From positions 192,001 through 256,000 of IMG/VR virus record IMGVR_UViG_3300034126_000020: DNA of 64,000 nt; one strand, written 5' to 3'. The stretch is from a virus. Its lineage: Duplodnaviria > Caudoviricetes. The position numbers were made by a program, and so were the translations under genes. The first letter of the stretch is position 1. The number at the start of each line of letters is the position of its first letter. The notes beneath the pieces are model-generated. The model was not told the DNA's origin. It did not search any database and was given only the letters and a program-made list of their open reading frames with translations. Below are positions 29,616-39,107 of the stretch, piece after piece.

Positions 29616-31691
29616 ATGGAAAACATTCTGGATGACAGCTGGGTCAAATCAGCGTTCCTGCTGCCCTCCGATCAGATCATGGGTGGTAACCAGGCGGCCA
29701 TCAATCGCATCTACTCCACGTCGATGCAGAAGGCTACTGATACGACCCTGGGTGGCAACTTTGTTATCAACCCACTGCCTCAGTTCACCCGTTACTGTGA
29801 CCTGAAGCACAACATCCTCACCAAGCCCAGTGGCCGTGGTAAAGACACCTTGATCCCTAAGGTCAGTCGCACCAACGGTACCAGTGCTAACTCGACCAAC
29901 GGCATGGGTCGGGTGTACAGTGAGAAGTTCGACGACAACATGCAGGTGGTGCACTTCCGGTGTGGCTATCCGCAGTTCAACAGCCTGACGTCGTTCTATG
30001 CCAACTACTACTCGATCCCTGCTGCCTCCATGGCGCGTTCGGGTCGGGCTCCAGGGTTCTTCTACACCTTGGGCTGGGCCGTAGGTTCGGTAGCCACCAT
30101 TGGCCTCTTGCCGTTCATCATGGCAGGTAAGGCAATCAAGTTCTTCCTTCGTCGTCCTGCGTCGAAGTACTATTACCTCAAGCCGTCGATGCTGCCTTAT
30201 TGGGGCGCTGTAAGCTCGATGGTCAACGCAATTGCCGCGAACATGGGTCTCATCCCTCGACCTATCTACGAGGGCGCTAAGGCGCTCTACGAGAAGGAGA
30301 ACGGGATGGATCAGACTGACGTCGATTCGTATCACCGTCTGATCCCGTCCATCTACCGTGCCAACGGCGGTATTGACGTATTCGCTGTAGCGCAGCGTGG
30401 TCAGAAGTTGGTGAACCACCGGCGTAAGTTGCTGGACAAACAGCTCGACAAGATCACCAACAAAGCAGAAATGCGTGAGGTGTTCAAGAAGCGGCTGTAC
30501 GGTGAAGACATGGGTGATGTGTACGCTATTGTCAACAAGATTGACAGCAGCTACGAAGCCTACGTGGACATCTGGAAGAACTCGGAGATGATGGGTCAGA
30601 TCTCTGAGAAAGACACCAAGAACGAAGCCGTTGTTGAGAAGACAGGTCGGATGGATGAAGGTCTGTGGGAACGGACCAAGTCAGCCTTCAAGTCTGAATC
30701 GCGCATGGCCTCTGAGTTCGTCAGCTTCCGTGTGGACCACACCGGTACTCAAACCGAGTCCTTCAGCAACGGTACCAAAGAACCTTCGATCCAAGGTCAG
30801 ATCAACGGCATCTCTGCCTCTGCTCGTGAAACCCGGTTCAGCATGTTCGACGGTAACATTGAAGGTTCGGGGATTGTGCAGGGTGCGTTGGGTGCAGTGA
30901 AAGACTTTGCTCTCGGCATCGGGCAAGGTATCGGTATCCAAGGTCTGGCGCAGTTGGCCGGTTCTGCTTACGTCGACATTCCAAAGGTCTGGGACAGTTC
31001 CAGTGCAGAGTTCAACAAGCTCTCGCTGACCATCCCTCTGCGTTCCCCGTACGGTGATCCATTGTCTCGGTTGCAGAACCTGATCCTGCCGATGTGTTGT
31101 TTGTTTGCCATGGCGGTTCCACTGTCCACCGGTAAACAATCGCACACCTCTCCATTCTTGGTAGAGTACTTCGCTCAAGGGCGTGCTCACTCTCGACTGG
31201 CGATCATCGACAGCCTCACCATTACCCGTGGTGTTGGTGATGTGGGTTGGAACAACACCGGTGGTTTCCTCGGTGTGGACATTCAGGTTGGTTTGCTCGA
31301 CCTGTCCAACGCTGTGAACATGCCTCTGAACCCTTCGTTCGAGATCTCTGACCGTATCATCCAAGCCGCAGGCTATGGGGTCGGTGCAGGCGTTTCGTGG
31401 CTGGGCGGTGGGTCAGCCTCCACAGGCGGTGAAAACGGCGTAGCGGTCTCCTCAGCGATGCTGGGCTCTACGTACGACGACGATAACAACTACACGGACT
31501 ACTTGGCCATCTTGGCAGGCATTCCGTTGGAAGCTGAGATCAACAGTCTGCGTAAATGGGCCGTTCGTTTGGCTCGTCAACAGGCAGCGTTCGACGACAT
31601 GGTGTCGCCAGAACGGATTGGTATGTGGGCGATGTCTGGTGTGACTGGCGAAGCTATCAAAGGCTTCAGTCAGGCTACCGATCGACAGTAA
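29616..31691 (+). CDS. Tail tip / baseplate hub protein (phiKZ gp182-like)
   Basis: Follows the tape-measure gene. Family-typical DDSWVKSAFL, TDTTLGGNFVINPLPQFTRYCD and LRSPYGDP motifs. Confidence 0.75.
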   Translation: MENILDDSWVKSAFLLPSDQIMGGNQAAINRIYSTSMQKATDTTLGGNFVINPLPQFTRYCDLKHNILTKPSGRGKDTLIPKVSRTNGTSANSTNGMGRVYSEKFDDNMQVVHFRCGYPQFNSLTSFYANYYSIPAASMARSGRAPGFFYTLGWAVGSVATIGLLPFIMAGKAIKFFLRRPASKYYYLKPSMLPYWGAVSSMVNAIAANMGLIPRPIYEGAKALYEKENGMDQTDVDSYHRLIPSIYRANGGIDVFAVAQRGQKLVNHRRKLLDKQLDKITNKAEMREVFKKRLYGEDMGDVYAIVNKIDSSYEAYVDIWKNSEMMGQISEKDTKNEAVVEKTGRMDEGLWERTKSAFKSESRMASEFVSFRVDHTGTQTESFSNGTKEPSIQGQINGISASARETRFSMFDGNIEGSGIVQGALGAVKDFALGIGQGIGIQGLAQLAGSAYVDIPKVWDSSSAEFNKLSLTIPLRSPYGDPLSRLQNLILPMCCLFAMAVPLSTGKQSHTSPFLVEYFAQGRAHSRLAIIDSLTITRGVGDVGWNNTGGFLGVDIQVGLLDLSNAVNMPLNPSFEISDRIIQAAGYGVGAGVSWLGGGSASTGGENGVAVSSAMLGSTYDDDNNYTDYLAILAGIPLEAEINSLRKWAVRLARQQAAFDDMVSPERIGMWAMSGVTGEAIKGFSQATDRQ

Positions 31692-31696
31692 AGCGG

Positions 31697-31731
31697 CATA
31701 AGGGCCAGGGGCAACTGCCCCTGGCCCTATG
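31697..31731. terminator. CATA...TATG-bounded hairpin at a convergent junction
   Basis: CATAAGGGCCAGGGGCAACTGCCCCTGGCCCTATG. Confidence 0.75.
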
Positions 31732-31735
31732 TTCG

Positions 31736-32743
31736 TTAGGTAAGGTTCGTGACCATCTTGGGGAATTGAATGCGGATGACTTCTTCCACGCTCAACTCCG
31801 GGGCGAATGGTGCAGCGATGGCGTAGCGTCCCAGTTCTGGATGCAGCTCAAACAACGAGAGTGCATCTGCGCTGGCAATGCCGAGGTTAGTCAGGTCCAC
31901 AATGGTCTGATCGTCCTGACGCTTGAACTTGTACCAGTTGACGTCAAGGCGGTTCAAAGTGTCCACCAAGTCTTGGGCGTAGGCTTCCCGTGTCATCGGT
32001 ATATCGGCAGGCGTCTTGAACTGTTGCAGGAACGACTTGATGAAGTCCGGCTTGGTAGCCATGGCCGTATCGGGTGTCATCTGAGCCAGCAGTTCTTTCA
32101 CGGCTGTCAGAGAACCTGACGTCGACACCATGGGGACGCTGTACACCAACGCTTGCTGATACACCGCAGGGTCAATGTACTGCTTCACGTCACCGATGTA
32201 CTGGTACTGCCCGTACTCAACCGACTTGGCAATGGCCGAACCAAAGACCGCTGACTCAAGCCCCAAGTTAACGTAACTGGCGTAGTTCTCATTGCCTGTC
32301 AGTTCACCCAACAGTGTGGTCAGTTCCCCGTAGTTGGACAGGTCGCTGGGGTCGCCGTATTCGAGCCGAGAGAACAGTTGCTCCCCTGTACCCTTGATCT
32401 TGTTGACCGTTTCAGGGTTCAGGTCGATGAACTCAGCCGCCTTGTCGAAGATACCGTTACCAGCGGTCTTCAGGATGCCCATGGTGCTCGTGCCGAACAT
32501 CCCCAGGCCAGCCTCAAGCATTTGCTTGCCCGTGGCTCCAGAGCGCTTAGCGGTGATCAGGCTCTGTATGCCGGTCGCAATGCCTTGACGACCACCGAGA
32601 CGGTCATAGACGTTCTTGGCTCCGTCTTTGGCTGCATCGTAGATCTTGTTGATGGGGCGGGAGTTCGAGATGTCGTAGGAGTCAGCCGCCTCCAGCTTCT
32701 CGGTTTTGTCCGTCTTGAAAAACGGAATAGCGATCAAAGACAT
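31736..32743 (-). CDS. Putative virion structural protein
   Basis: Start MSLIAIPFF with GAGG RBS; resembles conserved phiKZ-like tail/baseplate-associated proteins. Confidence 0.55.
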   Translation of the reverse strand: MSLIAIPFFKTDKTEKLEAADSYDISNSRPINKIYDAAKDGAKNVYDRLGGRQGIATGIQSLITAKRSGATGKQMLEAGLGMFGTSTMGILKTAGNGIFDKAAEFIDLNPETVNKIKGTGEQLFSRLEYGDPSDLSNYGELTTLLGELTGNENYASYVNLGLESAVFGSAIAKSVEYGQYQYIGDVKQYIDPAVYQQALVYSVPMVSTSGSLTAVKELLAQMTPDTAMATKPDFIKSFLQQFKTPADIPMTREAYAQDLVDTLNRLDVNWYKFKRQDDQTIVDLTNLGIASADALSLFELHPELGRYAIAAPFAPELSVEEVIRIQFPKMVTNLT

Positions 32744-32809
32744 GTCAGCCTCGGACAAAGAAAAAAGAAAGAGGGTGTCATGAGGACCCGGAGGCCCTCA
32801 TGCGGTCAA

Positions 32810-33379
32810 TCACTCATCAACCTTTGGACTCTTCGGGTTGGCAAGGTGGTACTTGATCGACTCTTCCAGCTCGTTGCGAATCACATCAAGCGAGCCGGTG
32901 TTGATCAAGGTACTGCGCAGCAGAATCCAGAAGTCCAACTGCCACTGGTGACGATCAAGCTGAACGATCTTCTTGCCACCGCCGTACGAGTAGTAGTGCG
33001 CGAGTGGCTTGTCGTTGTTGATCAGTTCCTGGATGAGCGATGGATTGCGCTCCAGTTTCACCAACATGCCCAACTTGAACATCTTGTTGAACAGTGGGTA
33101 CGGTTCCGTTGGCATCGACTTGCCGAGATCCCGGGCAGCGATACCTTTGAGGATGCGGAACTGATCATCCTTGAAGTCGGTCTTCATGTAGAACCACAGG
33201 CCTTCCAGTGTGCGGAAGTGACCGAAGTAGGGGTGTTCGATGTTGCATTCGGAGAGGTTGCTCAGACCTCGACCCAAAGTGGTCGCACCGCGAGTATAGA
33301 CGTTGATGTGGGTTACACCATCGTCCTCCGGCTTGTAGGGGAGGTTGCTCTGAGTTTTCGCTGGGGTGTCAGTAGACAT
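32810..33379 (-). CDS. NADAR-superfamily protein (T4 gp30.3/YbiA-like)
   Basis: GRGLSNL...FRTLEGLWFYMK (E-x6-K as in YbiA and T4 30.3), GIAARDLGK, KLERNPSLIQEL. Confidence 0.6.
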   Translation of the reverse strand: MSTDTPAKTQSNLPYKPEDDGVTHINVYTRGATTLGRGLSNLSECNIEHPYFGHFRTLEGLWFYMKTDFKDDQFRILKGIAARDLGKSMPTEPYPLFNKMFKLGMLVKLERNPSLIQELINNDKPLAHYYSYGGGKKIVQLDRHQWQLDFWILLRSTLINTGSLDVIRNELEESIKYHLANPKSPKVDE

Positions 33380-33418
33380 GGCACTGTTCCTGTTATAACT
33401 GGGTAGACGACCGAGGAC

Positions 33419-34021
33419 CTAGTCTTTGACTTGAGTCGTTTTCGCGCTGACTGTCGAGAGGACTCGACCGAGCCGTGCGCGTTGTTCGGGACTGCGTGAA
33501 CGATACACCGGACTTTGAATCTGATGAATCATCTCATCAACAGCTTCGTCAGTGATGTCGGCTTCCAGCTCTTCTTCGTCTTCGTCATAATCGACGTTGT
33601 CGTTTTCCGGGTTCAGCCCTTTACCTGTCATGGTCGCATTGAGCGAATCAATCTGGGAATAGGGGTTGTTAATCAACCCTGTAGAGACCGTCAGCTCTTT
33701 ACCATCGCGCATGACCAGGGTAATGCTCATAGAATACTTGAGCGGACCCAGAATCTGGATGGCTTTCTGAAAGGTTTTAAACGTGATGTGACGCTTTGCA
33801 ATAGCTCGGTTGAAGTTATTGCGCTCTTGTCCAATGTCTTTGGCGTTCTTTGGGACACGGGAAAGATGGCTCTGAAGGAACGTGGTGAGTCGGCGGTTCC
33901 ACGACTGCGTTTCAACACGCATCTCCTTTAGAACACGACGGAACAGATTAGTCAGCGGGTTACCCGCTTCCTTGATCAGTTTATCGTCGTCGTTCATCAT
34001 GCGAACTTGTTCTTTACTCAT
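33419..34021 (-). CDS. Hypothetical protein (200 aa), basic N-half and acidic C-terminal patch
   Basis: ORF in a tightly packed minus-strand run. Confidence 0.7.
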   Translation of the reverse strand: MSKEQVRMMNDDDKLIKEAGNPLTNLFRRVLKEMRVETQSWNRRLTTFLQSHLSRVPKNAKDIGQERNNFNRAIAKRHITFKTFQKAIQILGPLKYSMSITLVMRDGKELTVSTGLINNPYSQIDSLNATMTGKGLNPENDNVDYDEDEEELEADITDEAVDEMIHQIQSPVYRSRSPEQRARLGRVLSTVSAKTTQVKD

Positions 34022-34039
34022 GATGTGATTCCTGGGTGG

Positions 34040-34519
34040 TTATCTCAGGCACTCCCGACTGGCTTTAAGCAAGGCAAGGAGGTCTTCGACTACGAAGTTG
34101 CATTTACGTTGGTAGTAGTCGCGGTCTGCGCTGTCCATTTTCAGGAACGCATCCAGCAACTTCACGATGTACAGCTTATGGTGGATCACCCAATCGATCG
34201 GATGGATCAACTCATTAGCCTCAGATATAAATGATTCGAGGGTGCCTAACTCGTACCGAAATTCCCGTGTAGTCCATCGACCAGGAAGCGAATCGCCTTT
34301 GGTGATGGTAACAGAAGCCTCGATCAAGTAGTCAGCCAGATCCTCTAGGTTGACTGTGGCCGTCTCTAAAAGCACGGTACGTGTCTTGGGTAAGTTGAAT
34401 CCGCGTTTGGCTATTTCATGGATGTCTTCCAGTTGGTTGATGAGAGTTTCGTAGATGTTCTCGCCTTCAAGAGGCAAGGGTTCTTTACGCCTGAACCAGG
34501 CTAAAAACTGCTTGAGCAT
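34040..34519 (-). CDS. Hypothetical protein (159 aa)
   Basis: ORF in a tightly packed minus-strand run. Confidence 0.7.
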   Translation of the reverse strand: MLKQFLAWFRRKEPLPLEGENIYETLINQLEDIHEIAKRGFNLPKTRTVLLETATVNLEDLADYLIEASVTITKGDSLPGRWTTREFRYELGTLESFISEANELIHPIDWVIHHKLYIVKLLDAFLKMDSADRDYYQRKCNFVVEDLLALLKASRECLR

Positions 34520-34583
34520 GTGTGGGCCCTTATTCGCACCACTGATCCTATGAACCTATACCTTTTCCTAACGGAGTGGAGCT

Positions 34584-35126
34584 ATGAACTCTATCAATCC
34601 GCTCGAAGGCGAATTTCTCGCTAGAGACGATATGGACCCTGTACAAGATGGGGAATACCTGAATCCAGATCAGGCACCTATCCATATCAATCAGTCTGTT
34701 GATCCCAGTGATGTGATCAAGACCACCCAAGGCATTCGCTTGAGAATCCTCAAGAGCCGATTCGCCAAGGGCATTCCGTCTGACGACAAAGAACTCAGCC
34801 TGAACATGCAGCTGCTGCGTGACCTGGACTCGGCTGCACTCACCACGCGGAAGATCGACGTGGAAGAAATGGGTGTCAACGAATCCGAACGTCTGGCCAA
34901 CGCGAACAACGAACTGCTGCGCATCTTGGGCGGCAAGAACCCGTTTGCTGTGGAGCTGGGCTCGGCACCTGTGGCTACCCGCAGATCCGAACCTGTACTG
35001 CCTCCAGTTGTACTGGTTCCAGACATCACCACCCAAGGCACTCAGCCAGTGGAATACGACGACTTTGTTCAGAGTGTCGAAGCTTCCGAACGCGCCATGC
35101 GCGAAGAGAACTCCGAGGACAACTGA
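34584..35126 (+). CDS. Hypothetical protein (180 aa)
   Basis: GGAG RBS; phage-like codon usage. Confidence 0.7.
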   Translation: MNSINPLEGEFLARDDMDPVQDGEYLNPDQAPIHINQSVDPSDVIKTTQGIRLRILKSRFAKGIPSDDKELSLNMQLLRDLDSAALTTRKIDVEEMGVNESERLANANNELLRILGGKNPFAVELGSAPVATRRSEPVLPPVVLVPDITTQGTQPVEYDDFVQSVEASERAMREENSEDN

Positions 35127-35881
35127 GGTTCGTCTTCTTCCTCTTCCGGCAGCTTGTAGGTGCGCGGCAACAAGAAGCAAAAGTCAGTCACGGGAATGTG
35201 CTCGATATGGACGAAGTCTTCCATAATCAACTCGAGCAGCCCGTGCTTGTCCATGTCCTTGAAGATGTCCTCCTCACTGCTCTCAGACTCCCCAGGCTCT
35301 TTCTTAAAGAGCTTGGGGGTTATGCACGCAAGTTCGTTAATGGGCACGCCCAGCAACTCTTCTTTGTGCATGGCCAACCACGAGTCCAGATCGTAAGTGA
35401 TCCAGCCGTTGTAGTGACCGCCCATGAATGTCGGGGTCATGGACGCCGGAGAATGGTGACACATGTTCACTTGGACATAAGCCGGCAACAGAGTCCTGAG
35501 GCAGTTTTGGAATGTCTCTGCCAGAGGACCCGGTAGCGTGTACGGCCACGAGTTGATGTCAACCGAAATAGACGTGATGTCGACACCCCGGAAGAATCGC
35601 TCCTTCAGACTGTCCACGTAGTTCATTAAGACTGGCACCATCCCAGTGATGATACTGCGCTTGAGGACGAGAATGTCACGCCGAGCATAACGCTCATTGA
35701 ACGCCTCCTGGGTGATTGCTCCGCCGGTTAAGGTTTCCCAATCATCCATCGTGCGTCCGCGGTATGCTGCAAGCGGGAGAACCTTAGGCAGGTCTTCCCG
35801 CAAACACAACAACGTCCCCATGCGGCTGTCAAACATCGCGTCCATGTCGAACATGAGATTGAAAGCGCTTGATCTTTGCAT
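35069..35881 (-). CDS. Hypothetical protein (270 aa), possible degenerate HAD-like DxD N-terminus
   Basis: FDMDAMFDSRMGTL near the N-terminus; preceded by the conserved motif at 35897. Confidence 0.7.
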   Translation of the reverse strand: MQRSSAFNLMFDMDAMFDSRMGTLLCLREDLPKVLPLAAYRGRTMDDWETLTGGAITQEAFNERYARRDILVLKRSIITGMVPVLMNYVDSLKERFFRGVDITSISVDINSWPYTLPGPLAETFQNCLRTLLPAYVQVNMCHHSPASMTPTFMGGHYNGWITYDLDSWLAMHKEELLGVPINELACITPKLFKKEPGESESSEEDIFKDMDKHGLLELIMEDFVHIEHIPVTDFCFLLPRTYKLPEEEEDEPQLSSEFSSRMARSEASTL

Positions 35882-35896
35882 GGTATTGTCTCAAGG

Positions 35897-35917
35897 ATAA
35901 TGTATTGCTGAAATAAA
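35897..35917 (-). promoter_or_regulatory. Conserved promoter-like motif copy (TTTATTTCAGCAATACATTAT)
   Basis: Near-identical to 11197-11217; fills the short intergenic gap before the 35881 start. Confidence 0.6.
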
Positions 35918-35919
35918 GA

Positions 35920-36405
35920 CTACTGGAGATCCAGCATGGACAGCAGGATCAAGAACACAGCCCAGTGGTTACCCTTGAGGAAGCCTTCGATCTGCACTTG
36001 TTCAGCCGCATGTTCTTTGAGGTCAGGAGGCACCAGTTGGCACCGCTTCATCCAAGACAGGTTGGTGCACAGGTGCGCGATGAACGCATCGTAGTTTTCA
36101 CTGGCTGTTGGGTTAACCAACCAGATGTACGACGCCCCTGTCACGTAGAAGTCGAACACCGTTTCCTTGAGCTCACCTTCAAGCTCAAGGTTCTCCACGT
36201 AACGCTGCCACAGATCTGTTGCGTGCACCTGATCGTGCATCGCATACCAACGTACCCGCCGAAGCTGAGGCAGGTCTTGCTCCATGATCTGCGCGCGTAG
36301 GCCAATGGCAGTGTTGGTGGTGTCGTTGAACTGCATTTCAGTCCATTTGCGCAGCGCTGCGTTCAGGTTGTCCAGTGTGCTGCGGTCTGTATCCGTCGCT
36401 GCCAT
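35920..36405 (-). CDS. Hypothetical protein (161 aa)
   Basis: GAGG RBS, directly downstream of the vRNAP beta C-terminal gene. Confidence 0.7.
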   Translation of the reverse strand: MAATDTDRSTLDNLNAALRKWTEMQFNDTTNTAIGLRAQIMEQDLPQLRRVRWYAMHDQVHATDLWQRYVENLELEGELKETVFDFYVTGASYIWLVNPTASENYDAFIAHLCTNLSWMKRCQLVPPDLKEHAAEQVQIEGFLKGNHWAVFLILLSMLDLQ

Positions 36406-36410
36406 GTTAC

Positions 36411-37112
36411 CTATACCTCGTCAATGTCAGTATCAATCATCATGCCCCTGAGGAGCTTCCCGACGGTGGAAGTCGACGTGGTTACACCCGTGCCTTCCGT
36501 AACATCGACGATGCTGGCTTCCCCATGCTCGATCAACTGACGATCAAACTCTACTTGTGCGGCACGGTCACCGCCTCGCACCTTGATCTCTTCGATCAGG
36601 GTGTGCTCAAGCCCTTGGGCGAGCTGTGCCTGTAGTTCAGGGAACGAAATCTTGGAGCCTTTCGATTTACCGGTCACCTGGCCTGACATCTCATCGACGT
36701 GGCGGGAGTTCTCTGGGATCGAAGACTTCTTGGTGAGCATCTGTGCCTGACGCCTTACGGTCATGTCAATCACGAGATACTTCTGGGGTGTAAGGAATAC
36801 CCGACCTGTTTGCGGGTCTGTCAGCCAAAGCTGTTCAAAGAACTCAAAGCCGATGAGGTCTGCCACCTTCAAGAGGTTAGGCATTGTCACTCGTGGGTCT
36901 TTCAGGTTAGGAGAGTAGAACGGCAGGATTTCCTGCGTCGCAATCCCTTCTTCAGTCGTTGGCTTCGCCAGTGCACGAATGTATTCATCGAACTCATCGT
37001 CCGACATTTCGTCTAGGCGTTTCTTGGTCAGGTCGCTGTTATAGGTGTCACCCGGAATAATCTCCGCAATGGCGCCTGCAATGAACGCGGTGACTTCTTG
37101 ACGACTGGCCAT
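36411..37112 (-). CDS. rpoB: Virion RNA polymerase beta C-terminal fragment (phiKZ gp149-like)
   Basis: RRQAQMLTKKSSIP...SGQVTGKSKGSKISFPE...EEIKVRGGD corresponds to the beta C-terminal conserved block. Confidence 0.8.
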   Translation of the reverse strand: MASRQEVTAFIAGAIAEIIPGDTYNSDLTKKRLDEMSDDEFDEYIRALAKPTTEEGIATQEILPFYSPNLKDPRVTMPNLLKVADLIGFEFFEQLWLTDPQTGRVFLTPQKYLVIDMTVRRQAQMLTKKSSIPENSRHVDEMSGQVTGKSKGSKISFPELQAQLAQGLEHTLIEEIKVRGGDRAAQVEFDRQLIEHGEASIVDVTEGTGVTTSTSTVGKLLRGMMIDTDIDEV

Positions 37113-37122
37113 CTAACGTACC

Positions 37123-37407
37123 TCAGTGAATGGTGGGCAGATCGTGAGAGACGATCGTTGGCAGCACCAGTTGTTCAAAATGACGCAGCCAATCGCGCGG
37201 CATGATGTTGTCGACCAGGCAGGTGCGTGCCGAGATGGTCGAGGATTGCAGACGAGTCAGCTGGTCACGCCAGTAGCGATTCAGCTCACGGATTTCGTCA
37301 TGCTCATCGGCAAGCCGGACATTGAAGTCACGGGCGAAACGAGTAGCAGCATTAGGGTTACGGTCCGCCAGCATATCAACGACGGCGGACACAATCGAGT
37401 TGCTCAT
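37123..37407 (-). CDS. Hypothetical protein (94 aa)
   Basis: GGAG RBS; between uvsX and the vRNAP fragment. Confidence 0.7.
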   Translation of the reverse strand: MSNSIVSAVVDMLADRNPNAATRFARDFNVRLADEHDEIRELNRYWRDQLTRLQSSTISARTCLVDNIMPRDWLRHFEQLVLPTIVSHDLPTIH

Positions 37408-37469
37408 GAGAGTGTCTCCAGGGATTGTGGGATAGAGACCGGCGGCTTGCGCACACCGGCCTCAGATTA

Positions 37470-39032
37470 TTAGGAAACTTTCGCATCCTGACGGGCGGCG
37501 ATCTTCTTCAACAGATCAGCGCCTGTAACAGGCTTCGGAAGGTCCGGTTGTTGCGATGGAGCAGCAGCCGTAGCCACGGCCTTGGTAGCGATGCCTTTAG
37601 CTTTCAAGGCAGCATCGTACCAGTACGGACGGTAGGTACCGGCACGCATGTTGAGCAGGTCCATCGTCGACAAGAACGGAATGTCGGCGTAAGTGCCTTT
37701 CTCTTCAAGCGGTAGCCAGAAGCCACGAGTGTCCAACAGCAGGTCCCAATCGTACCCAGCGGCAGCGATGCTGTCGTAGAGTTCTTTCGGGTTGCACAGC
37801 AGGTCCTCTGGCAGGTCGTGCCACAGGTTACGCATCATGCACAGCTCAGCAGTGATGTTCATGGCGCGTTGCAGACGCGAATCGGATTCCAGCAGCTTGC
37901 GGACCGTTTTGCGCGTGAGGTTTTGTTGCGGGTACAGATCAAGGCGGAAGTTCGGTTTGCCCTTCGCCTTGTTGCCGTCCTTGTCAGAGATACCGAAGTA
38001 CTCGAAGCCTTTGCAGTAACTGAACTCAGTCAGTTCTGGCTTGAGGCCTTCGGACTGAGACACGATCACTTCGAACGGAATGCCGGATGGACCGGACTTG
38101 CCACGCAGGTTCACCAACGTGATGCAGATCAGGTCGGTGTCGCCCTTCAGATCGTCTTCATCGTCACGTGGGTATTCAGGCTGCTTGTCGCCATCGAGCA
38201 AAGGCTGGAGGGACACGCAGTACCAGCAGTTCGCCGTGAGGAAGGAGAAGTTCTCTGGGACCTTCTTCATCTTGAGGTCGCCTTTCAGGAACTTCAAGCG
38301 CTTCACGTTCGGCTTGTACATGTCGAGCTGGTATTCCTGACCCACGTGCGCAGTCATGGTCAGCAACAGGCCCGATCCGCTGGTGACCGAAGTCACTTGG
38401 TCGATCAACTGGCTCTTTGCACCGGCAGCCTTCATGGCCACCATGTTCAGCTCTTTGTTACCGATGTCGCCCTTCTCGTACATGTTCATGACGCCTTCAG
38501 TCTGAAGACCAGACAGGGAGTCAAGGAACGAAAGGGTTGGACTTGGAATCTTGATCAGCTCGCCACTACTCTCGTCAACGAACGGAGTGGTGATGAGGAT
38601 CGACTTGTCCTTGCGACGGCTTTCACCGTACTCGCGCATGACGTTCCACCATTCGTTACCGTTGTACACGGTCGCGTCGGTGAAGAGGAGACGGCCCTGC
38701 TCGACCAGATCGATGCCGAACAGTTCAGGGAACTGACGGAATACGTGCATGATTCGGCCGGGGGACAGCGTATTCTCTGAGTCATGCGCCATCATAATGG
38801 CCAGTGAGACTCGGTTCAATACGGAACCTTGCTGAAAGAGCGAGATGACCGTCTTGAACATGTTGGGCAGGCCGGCGACGCCAGTGAAGTGGTTGAGACC
38901 ACCACACAGGATCGACTCGCCGTGCTTGCCCTTATAGTACTTACCGGTCTGGATGTCGAAGAGCGCGCCGATGTTCCACATGGGACGAATCGACGGAGCC
39001 TTCTTGAACATGGCAAAAGGGTTGTTGGACAT
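37470..39032 (-). CDS. uvsX: RecA/UvsX-like recombinase (phiKZ gp152-like)
   Basis: Divergent Walker A GLPNMFKT, Walker B SFLDSLS, LTMTAHVG. Start set at MSNNPF. Confidence 0.8.
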   Translation of the reverse strand: MSNNPFAMFKKAPSIRPMWNIGALFDIQTGKYYKGKHGESILCGGLNHFTGVAGLPNMFKTVISLFQQGSVLNRVSLAIMMAHDSENTLSPGRIMHVFRQFPELFGIDLVEQGRLLFTDATVYNGNEWWNVMREYGESRRKDKSILITTPFVDESSGELIKIPSPTLSFLDSLSGLQTEGVMNMYEKGDIGNKELNMVAMKAAGAKSQLIDQVTSVTSGSGLLLTMTAHVGQEYQLDMYKPNVKRLKFLKGDLKMKKVPENFSFLTANCWYCVSLQPLLDGDKQPEYPRDDEDDLKGDTDLICITLVNLRGKSGPSGIPFEVIVSQSEGLKPELTEFSYCKGFEYFGISDKDGNKAKGKPNFRLDLYPQQNLTRKTVRKLLESDSRLQRAMNITAELCMMRNLWHDLPEDLLCNPKELYDSIAAAGYDWDLLLDTRGFWLPLEEKGTYADIPFLSTMDLLNMRAGTYRPYWYDAALKAKGIATKAVATAAAPSQQPDLPKPVTGADLLKKIAARQDAKVS

Positions 39033-39107
39033 TGACTCTATTCCATCTGAAAGAGGTTCGGTTGTGCGCAAACGATATGAAAAACTACTTTCTTTTAACA
39101 CGGAGCC

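Noticed and set aside
37470-39032. Non-canonical Walker A (GLPNMFKT) suggesting an inactive RecA
   Set aside because: Similar divergent P-loops are typical of the phiKZ-family UvsX-like proteins; no frameshift or truncation.
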